The notes under the pieces are model-generated. The model did no database searches. It saw only the letters and a list, made by a program, of their open reading frames with translations, and was not told where the DNA came from. Positions 47,827 to 57,875 of a stretch of DNA of 64,000 bases are shown in pieces. How positions within the stretch are numbered: position 1 is the first letter of the stretch; each line of letters starts with the position of its first letter. A program made the position numbers and the translations under genes. This DNA comes from Meiothermus sp. (GTDB taxonomy: Bacteria; Deinococcota; Deinococci; Deinococcales; Thermaceae). The stretch is from positions 23,449-87,448 of the forward strand of contig JANRLD010000084.1 of assembly GCA_033762915.1 (NCBI GenBank), read 5' to 3'.

Positions 47827-48531
47827 TCACGCCGCCAGAACTCTGGCCTCGAGCCACTCCGGGAGCTGCCCGAGCGACTCGAGCTGGGCGAAGGGCCGGG
47901 GCTGAAGGTCTTCGAGCAGCACCCGCTCGTGCTCCCAGGTCTGGTGGTAAGGGATGTGGATGGCCTGACCGCCGATCTCGATCACCGGAAGCACATCGGA
48001 ACGCAGCGAGTTGCCCACCATCAGGAACTCTTCGGGCCGAATACGGTGGCGGCGCAGCACTTCGCAATAGGTTTGGGGGTCTTTCTCGTTGACCACCTCG
48101 ACGGCGCGGAAGTACTCGGCCAGCCCGGAGCGGTTGAACTTGCCCTTCTGGTCAAGCAGGTCGCCCTTGGTGATGACCATCAGCGGGTAGTCGCCGGACA
48201 GCTCGTCGAGCACCGCCCTGACCTCGGGTAAAAGGTTTACCGGGGCGTTGAGCATGTCCTTGGTCAACTCGATCAGTACGCTTACGTCGGCGGCAGAGAT
48301 ACGACCATGGGTAAGTTCGATGGCGCTCTCGATCATGCTCAGCCCGAAGCTCTTCACCCCGTAGCCGTAGTGCTTGAGGTTCTTGATCTCGGTCTCGTAG
48401 AGGTGCTTCCCGCTGAACTCCCCACCCTGATACTCCTGCATCATCACCTTAAAGCGCTCTTGGGCTTCGGAGAAGTAGGTCTCGTTGTGCCAAAGGGTGT
48501 CGTCGGCATCGAAAGCGATAAACTCAACCAT
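47827..48531 (-). CDS. HAD-family hydrolase
   Basis: FDADDTLWHNE, TKGD, MVGNSLRSD. Confidence 0.92.
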   Translation of the reverse strand: MVEFIAFDADDTLWHNETYFSEAQERFKVMMQEYQGGEFSGKHLYETEIKNLKHYGYGVKSFGLSMIESAIELTHGRISAADVSVLIELTKDMLNAPVNLLPEVRAVLDELSGDYPLMVITKGDLLDQKGKFNRSGLAEYFRAVEVVNEKDPQTYCEVLRRHRIRPEEFLMVGNSLRSDVLPVIEIGGQAIHIPYHQTWEHERVLLEDLQPRPFAQLESLGQLPEWLEARVLAA

Positions 48532-48724
48532 AAGCTCACCTTGATAAGAGCTAGTGTAGAAAACCGAACTGTGATTCAAGGGTCGAATGACACCGGCTGG
48601 CGTTACGTCTGGCTTTAGGTATTGGCTCCAGAGTTAAAGGCCAGGTAAAGATATGCCGTCTTGTGAACCCCGCCTTGTTCCGTCAAGGCCCCACTTTTTC
48701 ACCTTTTCGTCCTAAACTAACCCC

Positions 48725-49852
48725 ATGCGCCCACTCGTACTCGGTCTCATCTTCCTCTTCGGTTTTGCCGCCGCGCAGACCTGCGCCGGACTGCCACAGC
48801 TCAACGTCACCACGCCCGCCGGCTACTGCGTCGGGGTTGCGGCCCAAGAGCTGAGGTTCCCGAGGGGGGTTCTGCCGATGCCGAACGGCGAAATCTGGGT
48901 GGCCGAGATGCGGACATGGAACCCCAACCGCGGCTCGCTGATGCGCCTGCGCAAGCAGGGCAGTCGCTATGTCGGGCAGCGGATGATGGAGGGTCTAGAC
49001 CGCCCCAACGGCATCGCCCTGGGGCCGGACAGCAAGATATATGTGGGCGAGGTGGGGCGCATCTTTCGCTTCGACCCAGACCGCCCCCAAAACCGCGAGT
49101 ACGTCATCCGCGACCTGCCCGGCCAGGGGCGGCACCCGCTCACCCAGATGGTGTTTCTGCCCGACGGCAACCTGCTTGTCAACGTGGGCTCGGCCTCCGA
49201 CAACTGCGAGGCCGACAAGGGCAAACCGACCTGTGCCGAGGCCCGCACCAACGGTTTGGTGCGGCTCTACCGGTTTGAGAACGGTAGGCCGACCGGCTGG
49301 ACGGTTTTTGCCCGCGGCCTTCGCAACTCTATGGCGCTGGCCGTCCACAGCAGCGGCACGGTCTTACAAGGGGAGAACTCGAGGGACGCCATCAACGCCG
49401 CCGACCCCCGCCTCTCCGACGAGCAGTTCCCCGCTGACGAGCTAAATGTGCTGCGCCGCGGGGCCGACTACGGCTGGCCCTATTGTTACAACGACGGCAT
49501 AACCGCCCCCGAGTTTCCCCGCCACGACTGTGCCCAGAGCCAAAACCCGGCCGTCCTATTGCCCGCCCATGTCGCCCCGCTGGGCATGACCTACCTCTGG
49601 GGCAACGCCGAACTGGGGCGCGACTGGCTGGTGGTCGGCTATCACGGCTACCGCGCCGGAGGACAGCGCCTGATCGGCTTTCAGGTGGACGCGCAGGGCG
49701 TTCCAACCGGCAACAAGCTCGAGCTGATCAAAAACTGGCGGCTGCCCGGCAACAAGCTTGGCGCACCCGTGGACGTGAAGCAGGGGCCGGACGGGAAGAT
49801 CTACCTTACGGATGACCGCAACGGGATGCTATTGGTGTTCTCAAAGCGATGA
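48725..49852 (+). CDS. PQQ-dependent glucose/sorbosone dehydrogenase family, secreted
   Basis: Signal peptide; GLRN, DELN, YGWPYC, HVAPLG, PVDV..GPDG.IY.TDD. Confidence 0.88.
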   Translation: MRPLVLGLIFLFGFAAAQTCAGLPQLNVTTPAGYCVGVAAQELRFPRGVLPMPNGEIWVAEMRTWNPNRGSLMRLRKQGSRYVGQRMMEGLDRPNGIALGPDSKIYVGEVGRIFRFDPDRPQNREYVIRDLPGQGRHPLTQMVFLPDGNLLVNVGSASDNCEADKGKPTCAEARTNGLVRLYRFENGRPTGWTVFARGLRNSMALAVHSSGTVLQGENSRDAINAADPRLSDEQFPADELNVLRRGADYGWPYCYNDGITAPEFPRHDCAQSQNPAVLLPAHVAPLGMTYLWGNAELGRDWLVVGYHGYRAGGQRLIGFQVDAQGVPTGNKLELIKNWRLPGNKLGAPVDVKQGPDGKIYLTDDRNGMLLVFSKR

Positions 49853-50002
49853 GGAGAGCAACGTCAAGCAGAATGAGGTCCAAGGCTCATTCAATGGCGT
49901 TCATTGAATAGACGGCCCCCAAGCGGCCGACGTCCTTTCGCCATGTTTTCGGGGTGCGGGCAGCTTCCAGACCACTGGTGGGCTCTTGCCCTTGCCGGTG
50001 GC

Positions 50003-50797
50003 TCACCCCTCGAGGCTCCTCCACATCAGCCAAGCCGCGTGGCTTCGATACGGGCGAAAGCGTTCGCCGAGAGCCTCGAGTTCCCTCTTGCCGCTGACCC
50101 CGTAGAGCCGTTCGAGGCCTTTGCGCACGCCCAGGTCGAGCACCGGCCACACGTCGGGGCGGCCCAGTCCAAACATCAGGTACATCTGCACCGACCAGAC
50201 CCCGATGCCCTTGACCGAGATCAGCCGCGCCATGATCGCGTCATCTGCCAGCGTTTCGATCCCCTCCAGACCGCCCTCCAGCGCAAATCTGGACAGGTCT
50301 TGGATGTAACTGACCTTGCCCCACGATAGCCCCAGCGCCCGCAGGTCGTCCGGTCTGGCCGTGAGGAGCGCCGACGGCTCAACCGCGAAGGCAGCCTCGA
50401 GGCGCCTCCAGATGGTATCCGCCGCCTTGCCCGAGAGCTGCTGGCCGACGATCGAACTCACCAAAGTCCGAAACGGTGGGTCGATCTTCACTGGGTTGGG
50501 ATGAAACGGCGCAGCGCCGTGCTTAAGCAACAGGGCCTGCATGGTGGGGTCCTCAAAGCGAATTCCACCGCCTTCTATGGCTTTGTTCGACCTCTGGGGC
50601 CGGCCACCAAACACTGCACCGGCGGGTACCGGGGTGATCGGGGGTTCGATCTCCAAGGTTTCTGAGCCTTGGGGCGGGTTAGTGGGCTCGAGGCTGGAGG
50701 CCTCCTCGGCAGTGCTCTTGCTCCCTTTCGCGCCGTGGGCGTCCCTTGCTGCACTCTGCCCCGACCGCGCGCCCCCCTGCCTGCTGTTGTGCGCCAT
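50003..50797 (-). CDS. DNA-3-methyladenine glycosylase II (AlkA family)
   Basis: IVGQQLS, HhH VKGIGVWS, PDVWP..DLG, PYRS.A; start uncertain. Confidence 0.85.
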   Translation of the reverse strand: MAHNSRQGGARSGQSAARDAHGAKGSKSTAEEASSLEPTNPPQGSETLEIEPPITPVPAGAVFGGRPQRSNKAIEGGGIRFEDPTMQALLLKHGAAPFHPNPVKIDPPFRTLVSSIVGQQLSGKAADTIWRRLEAAFAVEPSALLTARPDDLRALGLSWGKVSYIQDLSRFALEGGLEGIETLADDAIMARLISVKGIGVWSVQMYLMFGLGRPDVWPVLDLGVRKGLERLYGVSGKRELEALGERFRPYRSHAAWLMWRSLEG

Positions 50798-50866
50798 ATT
50801 CCCCCTTACGCTGCAATCGAAACGCCCAACATGATATTTGATAAGCCTATGCGAGGCGCAAGCGCT

Positions 50867-51085
50867 GTGGACTGGAAGGAAGCCGCGTTGGCGGGCCTGG
50901 TGGTGGGTCTGTTCGCGCTCAGTGCAGGGATGTCCAGGGGATTCATGGTGGCCCTGCCCGGCGCGGTCATCTCGGGCCTGATCGGCTTCGCGGCTTATTG
51001 GTTCTTGATGCCCTTCGTAATCCGTTGGATCGCCAAGGGGATCAAGCCCAAAGAGGGCGAGGAATCGGAAGACGACAAGAAGTAG
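50867..51085 (+). CDS. Small two-TM membrane protein
   Basis: Two hydrophobic helices and a charged tail; start 50849 or 50867. Confidence 0.6.
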   Translation: MDWKEAALAGLVVGLFALSAGMSRGFMVALPGAVISGLIGFAAYWFLMPFVIRWIAKGIKPKEGEESEDDKK

Positions 51086-51277
51086 ATGGCAAAGGAGGGT
51101 TGAGTCTCCGGAGATAAAGCGGAAACCATCCAACGAACCTGCGGAGGGGCTATCCTACCCGTCCCCGCTCCCAGACCGCTTCCATTGGACTCACCCTAAT
51201 TGGTTGGACTGTGAGAAAACTCTGGCCAGACAAACCGTCTGGCCAGGGCCGCGTCTTTGTTTTTACTCTCGCCACGA

Positions 51278-51679
51278 TCAAGCGCTGGCGTGAACTTTTG
51301 TCAGATGCTGGACGATCGAGCCAAAAGCCTTGCGGTCTACCGGCTTGGTGAGAACGTGTTCCACCCTGGCGAACTCGGCGGTCAGCTTTGCCCGCTCGTC
51401 GGTCTCGGCGATGAAGAGAATCACCGGCACGTCGCGCAGGCGGCGGCTCATCTTGAGACGGGAGGCGATGGAGAAGGGGTCGATCTCGATGGCGTCGTCG
51501 AGGACAATGGCCTTAGGAGTGTAGAGCTTGAGGAAGTCCAAGCCCTCCTGTGCCCGCTCAGTAAAGTGCGCACCCACCCCGGCCTCCTCGAGGGACAGCT
51601 CGAGCAGCGCCCGCAGCGTCGGGCTGGGAGTCATGACCAATACATTGTCGGTCAGGGTCGCCTCGGTCATAAAGGTCAT
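51278..51679 (-). CDS. Single-domain response regulator (atypical receiver)
   Basis: Receiver pattern IVLD, VPVILF, LTKP; N-terminal acidic pair absent. Confidence 0.8.
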   Translation of the reverse strand: MTFMTEATLTDNVLVMTPSPTLRALLELSLEEAGVGAHFTERAQEGLDFLKLYTPKAIVLDDAIEIDPFSIASRLKMSRRLRDVPVILFIAETDERAKLTAEFARVEHVLTKPVDRKAFGSIVQHLTKVHASA

Positions 51680-51987
51680 GGTATCAGAGCGCCATGGTTT
51701 TTTTGGGTCTTGCCGTCACAACGCCCGGCAAGTGAGTGAGGAATGAATCCAAAGGGCGGTAACCCCTCCCCTGCCCCAGCCGCGCTCAGGAACCCGCAAC
51801 ACCCGGAGACCTCGATCTCAGCTGTAACCGGTCGGTGAGGTTTCACCTGCAGTCCGCGTTGGGGCGTTTACGTTCACTGTGGTTCAGCCGAGCCCAGCTA
51901 TTTAAGCCCGACGGTACGAAAACCGCAGGAGCAACCTCGAGGTCTTTCCATAACTCAGGTGGTTCAGGTCAGTGGCAGGCCGCCCGG

Positions 51988-52017
51988 AAAAAACGAACCC
52001 CGCCGGGCGGCGGGGTT
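51988..52017 (-). terminator. tRNA-Gln terminator
   Basis: AACCCCGCC-N-GGCGGGGTT followed by a T run on the minus strand. Confidence 0.8.
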
Positions 52018-52019
52018 AT

Positions 52020-52093
52020 TGGCTGGGGCACATGGATTCGAACCATGATCGACGCTTCCAAAGAGCGTTGTCCTGCCGTTAGACGATGCCCCA
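52020..52093 (-). tRNA. tRNA-Gln (TTG), CCA encoded
   Basis: TGGGGCAT...CT-TTG-GA...GGTTCGAATCC...GCCCCAGCCA cloverleaf. Confidence 0.95.
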
Positions 52094-52157
52094 GCGATGG
52101 TGGATCGCGCTTCGAGTTGGGGCGGCAAACGGGCCGCTCCGCAGGACAGCAAGGGGT

Positions 52158-52186
52158 ATTGTAGGCAAGAAGCCCCGGCCTGTCAA
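52158..52186 (-). promoter_or_regulatory. tRNA-Gln promoter
   Basis: TTGACA-N17-TACAAT. Confidence 0.85.
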
Positions 52187-52460
52187 ACAAAAATCCCTGG
52201 CAACCCCATCCATAGCCCGCCAGCCCAACCGAGAAGGCCCCGAAGTCCCCAGGTCGCGCAGGCTGAAACAGACGGGTTGTGGAAATGCCCCAGGGTGCAG
52301 GTTCAAGCCGCCCCACTCACCCCGGTCTGTCCCCTGTATTCGGGTCGCCAGCTCTTGGCAAGGCTGTGGGATTCTCCCACGGGGTAGGGGTGCAAACCGG
52401 CTACGCTGCCAGCCCGCGCGTTTTGTAGAGTTTTGGGAGTGTCCCTGCCGCCAAATTGCC

Positions 52461-52489
52461 TTGACCAATCGCCCCCACATGGCTATACT
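52461..52489 (+). promoter_or_regulatory. tRNA-Ile promoter
   Basis: TTGACC-N17-TATACT. Confidence 0.85.
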
Positions 52490-52507
52490 CTTCACTTGCT
52501 GGTGTGG

Positions 52508-52584
52508 GGGTGGTTAGCTCAGCCGGTTAGAGCACACGCCTGATAAGCGTGAGGTCCCGGGTTCGAGTCCCGGATCACCCACCA
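52508..52584 (+). tRNA. tRNA-Ile (GAT), CCA encoded
   Basis: GGGTGGTTAGCTCAG...CT-GAT-AA...GGTTCGAGTCC...ATCACCCACCA. Confidence 0.96.
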
Positions 52585-52588
52585 GAAA

Positions 52589-52616
52589 GAAAAGCCGCCC
52601 TCAGGGGCGGCTTTTC
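52589..52616. terminator. Bidirectional terminator
   Basis: GAAAAGCCGCCC-TCAG-GGGCGGCTTTTC between convergent genes. Confidence 0.85.
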
Positions 52617-52661
52617 ACGTTGGACGCGGGGATACCTTGGAAGGAACGGCGGCCCAAGGCT

Positions 52662-54548
52662 TTACGGGAACTTGTAGCCCGAGAGAATCTGCTCGAACAC
52701 TCCTGAAAAGGCGGGTGCGTCCTTCTGATCTCCCCTGGCCCCAAACAAATAGACGCTCGAGCCCCTCTGGGCGGCAAAGACAGCCAGAAGCTGACTGTTA
52801 GGGAGCGTGTACAACACCTGGGTCCAGGCGACGCCGTTGACCGGTGGCAGACTGCTGGTCTGCGGCTGTTTCAGCTCGAGTGCGGGGTCAACGGACTTGA
52901 GGAAGGCGCTCACAGTCTCCTCGAGCGAACCCTTTGACGTGCTGACCGCAAAAACAAAGGTGGCGGGCGGCTGCTTGAACTGCGCCAGGGTGAACTCTGG
53001 GGTACTCCGGACGACCTCGAGGCCTTCGGGCAGGGCAGTGCTGTAGCGGTTCTGGGGGTCGGTGAGGGTGCGGCCAGCGGAGGAGCCAGGGGCTTTGACC
53101 GCCGCAAGCTGTCCGTCCTGGCGGATCCACACCGTGCCGCTGGGGTCAATCTGGGCCTGGATGAAGAGGGTCAGTCCCTGGAACTCGGCCAAATAGATCT
53201 CGTCGCTGAACGGGGTGAGGGGGAAGCGCGCGCCGAACTGACTGAGGAACAGGGTGCCGTCCTCGAGGCTAAGCTCGAGCGAGCCGCCCCCCACCACCGC
53301 GTAGCGCCCGGACAGACGCCGCAAGACGCCAGGGTCCGGCCGGAAGTTGGGGGCCTTGGTCATGGCCTCGACCTGGGCCGCGACCGGCGAGCGGCTGAAG
53401 TCGGTGCGGGGCTGAAGGTCGAAGAGCTGCTCGATCAGCATCAATCGCGTGGAGTCCAGGAAGTCGTTGGCGTTGGTGAGGTTGGCCAGCAGAACCATCC
53501 CGAAGCCCTGCTCGGGAAGGGCGAAGATCATCGAGCTGAAGCCGTGGATGTTCCCGCCATGTGCGAAGCCCTTCAGGCCGCGATGCTCGCCCAGGTACCA
53601 GCCCAGACCGTAGCCGCGGATGTCGTTCAGGGATCTGGCACGGTCGGGGTCGTAGGCGTGCCCAGCCGCAATCTGCAGTTTGTGCGACTCCTCCAGCCAG
53701 CGCTTGGACAGCAGGCTTCCCCCGCCGCTCAGCTGGAACTGCATGAACCTAACCAGGTCGTTGGTCGAGGCCAGCACGCCGCCGGCCGGGCCGATGGCCC
53801 TAAAGCGCTTGTCGGAGCCGATTTTGTCGTAGTCCGCGACCCGCCCAACACCCCGTGCGGTATAGGCATAGGGGCTCGCCACATTACCGGCCTTGAGCGC
53901 TTCGGTGTAAGTGAACTGCGACCGGGTCATGCCCAGCGGAGCCAAGACACTCTGGCGGAGATTCTGCTCCCAGCTCTGTCCGGTGACCTTCTCGAGCACT
54001 GCAGCCGCGATGGAAAAGTTTTGGTTGTTGTACTCGAAAGCACTGCCCGGTGCACTTGCAAAGGGGTTGCTGGCCACCGTCTCGAGCACCTTCTGGGGGC
54101 TGTCAACGCTCAGATCAAACACCCAGCCGTCAAAGCGGGCCAGGCCGCTAGAGTTGGAAAGCACCTGGCGCAGGGTGACCTTACTTCCTTGCACAGGGTC
54201 GGAGAACTTTAGGCCGGGTAAGTAGCGGCTGACAGGTGCGTCCAGACTCAGCTTGCCGGCCGCCACCTGCCGCATCACCGCCAGGCTGGTGATGGGCTTG
54301 GAGATCGAGGCCACAGGGAACACCGTATCGGGGTTGACGGGGGCCCTGGTGCCGAGATCGCGCACCCCGTATCCCTTGCGGTAGACCACCTTGCCGTCCA
54401 CGATCAGCGCGAAGCCCAGCCCCGGCACCTTATACCGATCCATCTGCCGAGCTATGGTCGCGTCTATCTGTGCGGGTATCACCCGCTGGGCAAAGGCCAG
54501 AGAAGCCAGCACCGCCGAAACCGTAATCGCCAAAACTCTCATACGCAT
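52662..54548 (-). CDS. Secreted serine hydrolase (class C beta-lactamase/PBP family) with extra C-terminal domains
   Basis: Signal peptide; SISK, YNN, HGG; RBS AGGAG before MRMRVL. Confidence 0.9.
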   Translation of the reverse strand: MRMRVLAITVSAVLASLAFAQRVIPAQIDATIARQMDRYKVPGLGFALIVDGKVVYRKGYGVRDLGTRAPVNPDTVFPVASISKPITSLAVMRQVAAGKLSLDAPVSRYLPGLKFSDPVQGSKVTLRQVLSNSSGLARFDGWVFDLSVDSPQKVLETVASNPFASAPGSAFEYNNQNFSIAAAVLEKVTGQSWEQNLRQSVLAPLGMTRSQFTYTEALKAGNVASPYAYTARGVGRVADYDKIGSDKRFRAIGPAGGVLASTNDLVRFMQFQLSGGGSLLSKRWLEESHKLQIAAGHAYDPDRARSLNDIRGYGLGWYLGEHRGLKGFAHGGNIHGFSSMIFALPEQGFGMVLLANLTNANDFLDSTRLMLIEQLFDLQPRTDFSRSPVAAQVEAMTKAPNFRPDPGVLRRLSGRYAVVGGGSLELSLEDGTLFLSQFGARFPLTPFSDEIYLAEFQGLTLFIQAQIDPSGTVWIRQDGQLAAVKAPGSSAGRTLTDPQNRYSTALPEGLEVVRSTPEFTLAQFKQPPATFVFAVSTSKGSLEETVSAFLKSVDPALELKQPQTSSLPPVNGVAWTQVLYTLPNSQLLAVFAAQRGSSVYLFGARGDQKDAPAFSGVFEQILSGYKFP

Positions 54549-54686
54549 AGACACTCCTGTGATTTTGGACAAAACCCCTCCCACCAGCGACGCAGATTTC
54601 GTCGCCGGGGTCGAAGATTAAGCCACCTTAGCAGGGCGACAGTTCAAATCACAGGAGGGCCTTTGAACCGGTATGATGCTCTGAGC

Positions 54687-55316
54687 ATGGACGACCCACC
54701 CGCGCTGCGCGTGCGCCACCTTGACGATGCAAAGGCCGCCGACTTCTTTCTCGCCCGCAGCAGCTCGAGGCACCTCGACCCCTTCCTGCTGGGGGAGTGC
54801 GGCCTGTCCGAGGCTGCCAACGCGCTTGGCATTGGCAAGACCCGGATGCATTACTGGCTGAACAAGATGCTCGAGCTGGGGCTGATCGAGCAGGTTCGCG
54901 TCGAGCGCCGGGGCCGCAACCGCGTCCCCGTCTACCGCGCCACCGCCGACTACTTCACCGTCCCAATGGACAAAGTGCACGTAGAGTCCGAGGAACAATT
55001 CCTTGAACTCCTAACCAAGGGTTTTAACGCCGCCGCACACCGGGCTGTGATGCGGATGATCCGCCAACATGATCACGATTGGAATCTGGAGTACTTCATC
55101 GTCAACGACAACGGCCGGCTCAACCTGGCCCCTCGCAACAACCCCATCACCGAACTTCCGATGATCACCTCCTTCGGCTACATCACCCTGCCCGAAGAGG
55201 TCGCCAAGGCGGCCCTGAAGGATTTGGAAACCTTGATGATGCGCTACATCAAGCTCGAGAACCCTGCGGGAAAACGCTACATGTACCAGGTCTTGATGGT
55301 CGCAGATGAAACCTAA
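54687..55316 (+). CDS. Winged-helix transcriptional regulator
   Basis: LSEAANALG...HYWLNKMLELGLI...YRA; divergent from the hydrolase. Confidence 0.8.
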   Translation: MDDPPALRVRHLDDAKAADFFLARSSSRHLDPFLLGECGLSEAANALGIGKTRMHYWLNKMLELGLIEQVRVERRGRNRVPVYRATADYFTVPMDKVHVESEEQFLELLTKGFNAAAHRAVMRMIRQHDHDWNLEYFIVNDNGRLNLAPRNNPITELPMITSFGYITLPEEVAKAALKDLETLMMRYIKLENPAGKRYMYQVLMVADET

Positions 55317-55794
55317 GGCGAAGGTGTGACCCATCGGCTGGTCTACGGGGACAGCACCAGCGAACTTTGGAACATCGCAATGGGTACCTGGGTGACCAGA
55401 GAGAACACCAGGATCAGCTCCTACGCGAGCGAAATCCCAAAAAGAAGGGTGCTTCGGCCGTCGAGAGCAACATGGCCAAGACGGCCGCCAGCGACAACCC
55501 TCATCTGGTCGAGGTGGCTGTAGAGCAGGTGCTCGAGCCCGGCAATCGCTACTGGGCAGCGGCCTCGAGCTGGTTGCGGGTATCGAGAAACTCAGGGACG
55601 AAATCCGAGTCCCGTCCGCCTCGGGTAGGCTTTGCAGCTGGCCCCAAATGAAACCTCCCGCCGGTCATCGGGGCGGCGGGAAGCTGAGATCAGACTAATG
55701 CCCTGCCCCAAAGGCGGGGAACGGCACTGGGTCGGGGGGAACCTCCGACTTTGGTCGGGTGGCATCGGCGCGGAGGGCGGGGAATAATGGCGCT

Positions 55795-57207
55795 ATGCCC
55801 GGCCCTGGGTACAACCTGGCGCGGCAGTTCATGCTGGGGAGCCTGGTGGTGATGCTGCTGGGCAGCGGGGTGCTGGGCTGGTGGGTTGGGCGAGAGATCG
55901 AGGCGGGTGTGATCCACCGCACAGCAGCAGCCAACGGGCTGTACGTGGAAAACTTCCTCGAGCCCCTGCTCTCCGACCTCAGGCTGGAGCCGGGCCAGCC
56001 CCTGCCGCCGGAGCGCATCGCGCCGCTTGAGCAGCTTCTTTCCAACAGCGCTTTCTCCAAGCAGGTGGTGCAGTTCAAGGTCTGGGGGCGGCGGGGGCTG
56101 GTCTTGTACAGCACCAACCCCGCACAAGTCGGGCGGCGCTTTGAGGTGTCCGAGGACCTGCGCAACGCCTGGCGGGGCCAGGTCTCGGCGGACATCACCC
56201 TCCTCGACAAGCCGGAAAACCTCGACGACCCCAAGACTTGGGGCCGCCTGCTCGAGAGCTACATCCCCATCCGTCAGCGCGGCAGCGACCAGATCGTTTT
56301 GGTGGGCGAGTTCTACACCCGCACCGATGAGCTCGAGGCCAGCATCCAGCGGGCCCGCTTACGGAGTTGGGGAGTGGTGGGGGCAGTCACGCTGGCCACC
56401 TACCTGCTGCTGCTGGGCATCGTGCGGCGCGGCAGCAACACCATCCGCCAGCAGCAAGCCGCACTCGGAGAGCAGCTGGACCAAAACCGGCGGATGGCCG
56501 AGCGGGTGCGCCGCGCCGCCAGCCGCACCGCTGCCCTGAATGAGCGCTTCTTACGGCGGCTGAGCTCAGACCTGCACGACGGCCCCGCGCAAGAGTTGAG
56601 CTTCGCCCTGCTGCGCACCGACGCAGTGGCGGCGCGGCTGGGCCAGCTCGATCCCTCCGCCCGCGACAGCCTAGGGCGCGAGCTAGAGGCGGTGGAGGGA
56701 TCACTGAAGCGGGCGCTCGACGAGATGAGGAGCATCACCGCCGATCTGCGCCTGCCCGAGCTGGATCTCCTCTCCCCCGAAGATACGGTTCGGCGGGCTG
56801 TGCGCGAGCACCAGCGCCGCACCGGCAGCGAGGTAGCGCTCGAGCTCGCCAGCGACCTGCCGCCCGAAGCCCCGCTGCCGGTCAAGATCACCCTCTTCCG
56901 ACTGACCCAGGAGGCCCTCTCCAACGCGGCGCGGCACGCCGGGGCGCGGGGGCAGCGGGTTGGGCTGCGGGCCGAGAGCGGGCTGCTCGAGCTCTCGGTC
57001 GCCGATAGCGGCCCCGGCTTCGCCTGGGACGACGGCACGGGCAGCGCCCTGGCCCAGGAAGGGCACCTGGGGATCGTCGGGATGCGCGAGCGGGTCGAGA
57101 GCCTGGGTGGGAGTTTTGGCATCGAGACTGCCCCGGGTCTGGGGACGCGGGTGGTGGCACAACTGCCCTTGCTGCAACCGAGCGAGCCTGAACCGACGGA
57201 GGCGTAG
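55795..57207 (+). CDS. Sensor histidine kinase (HisKA_3 type)
   Basis: Two TM helices; DLHDGPAQ, QEALSNAARHA, DSGPGF, GIVGMRER. Confidence 0.93.
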   Translation: MPGPGYNLARQFMLGSLVVMLLGSGVLGWWVGREIEAGVIHRTAAANGLYVENFLEPLLSDLRLEPGQPLPPERIAPLEQLLSNSAFSKQVVQFKVWGRRGLVLYSTNPAQVGRRFEVSEDLRNAWRGQVSADITLLDKPENLDDPKTWGRLLESYIPIRQRGSDQIVLVGEFYTRTDELEASIQRARLRSWGVVGAVTLATYLLLLGIVRRGSNTIRQQQAALGEQLDQNRRMAERVRRAASRTAALNERFLRRLSSDLHDGPAQELSFALLRTDAVAARLGQLDPSARDSLGRELEAVEGSLKRALDEMRSITADLRLPELDLLSPEDTVRRAVREHQRRTGSEVALELASDLPPEAPLPVKITLFRLTQEALSNAARHAGARGQRVGLRAESGLLELSVADSGPGFAWDDGTGSALAQEGHLGIVGMRERVESLGGSFGIETAPGLGTRVVAQLPLLQPSEPEPTEA

Positions 57208-57218
57208 ACTTGGATGCG

Positions 57219-57869
57219 ATGGGCGAGGTCATACAGGTGGTTATCGTCGACGACCACCCTCTGTTTCGTGAGGGTGTGGCGGCGACCCTCGGCTCGGAGG
57301 GCGACATCCGCGTGGTGGGCGAGGGCAGCAGCGCCGATGACGCGCTCCGGCTGGCGTCCGGCCTGCTCCCCGACCTGCTGTTGCTGGATATCGCTATGCC
57401 GGGAGATGGCCTCGAGGCGGCCAAGCAGATCTCGCGCAGCTATCCGGTCTGTAAAATCCTGATGCTAACCTTTTCCGAGCATGAAGACGATGTGCTGACG
57501 GCCCTCAAGTCGGGGGCCAGGGGCTACGTGCTCAAGGGGGTCTCGGGCCGCGAACTGAGGGAGATCGTCCGCTCGGTCCACCGTGGCGAGGTCTACATCA
57601 CCCCCACCCTTGCCGCCAGCGTGTTGCTGGAGATGACCGGCGAGCGCCCCAAGGCCGCCGCCCCCGACCCCCTCTCCGAGCTGACCCCGCGTGAGCGGCA
57701 GATCCTCGAGTTGGTCGCCGCTGGGAAGAGCAACAAGGAGATCGGGAGCCGCCTCGAGCTGACTGAGAAGACCGTCAAGCACTACATGACCAACATCCTG
57801 CAAAAGCTGCAGGTCCGCAACCGGGTGGAGGCGGCACTGCTAGCCCTGAAGGTGGGCGGCGAGCGCTGA
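57219..57869 (+). CDS. NarL/LuxR response regulator
   Basis: VDDHPLFR, LLDIAMP, LTPRE..IL...GKSNKEI...TVKHY. Confidence 0.95.
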   Translation: MGEVIQVVIVDDHPLFREGVAATLGSEGDIRVVGEGSSADDALRLASGLLPDLLLLDIAMPGDGLEAAKQISRSYPVCKILMLTFSEHEDDVLTALKSGARGYVLKGVSGRELREIVRSVHRGEVYITPTLAASVLLEMTGERPKAAAPDPLSELTPRERQILELVAAGKSNKEIGSRLELTEKTVKHYMTNILQKLQVRNRVEAALLALKVGGER

Positions 57870-57875
57870 CCCCCT

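Noticed and set aside
51900..52700. Integrative element or prophage at the tRNA genes
   Set aside because: No integrase, and I saw no duplicated tRNA 3' end in the window.
52662..54548. True beta-lactam resistance gene
   Set aside because: SxxK/YxN/HGG motifs are shared by many esterases and peptidases; nothing indicates AmpC specifically.
55326..55651. Two overlapping short ORFs after the winged-helix regulator
   Set aside because: May be a frameshifted remnant, but I cannot assign a family.
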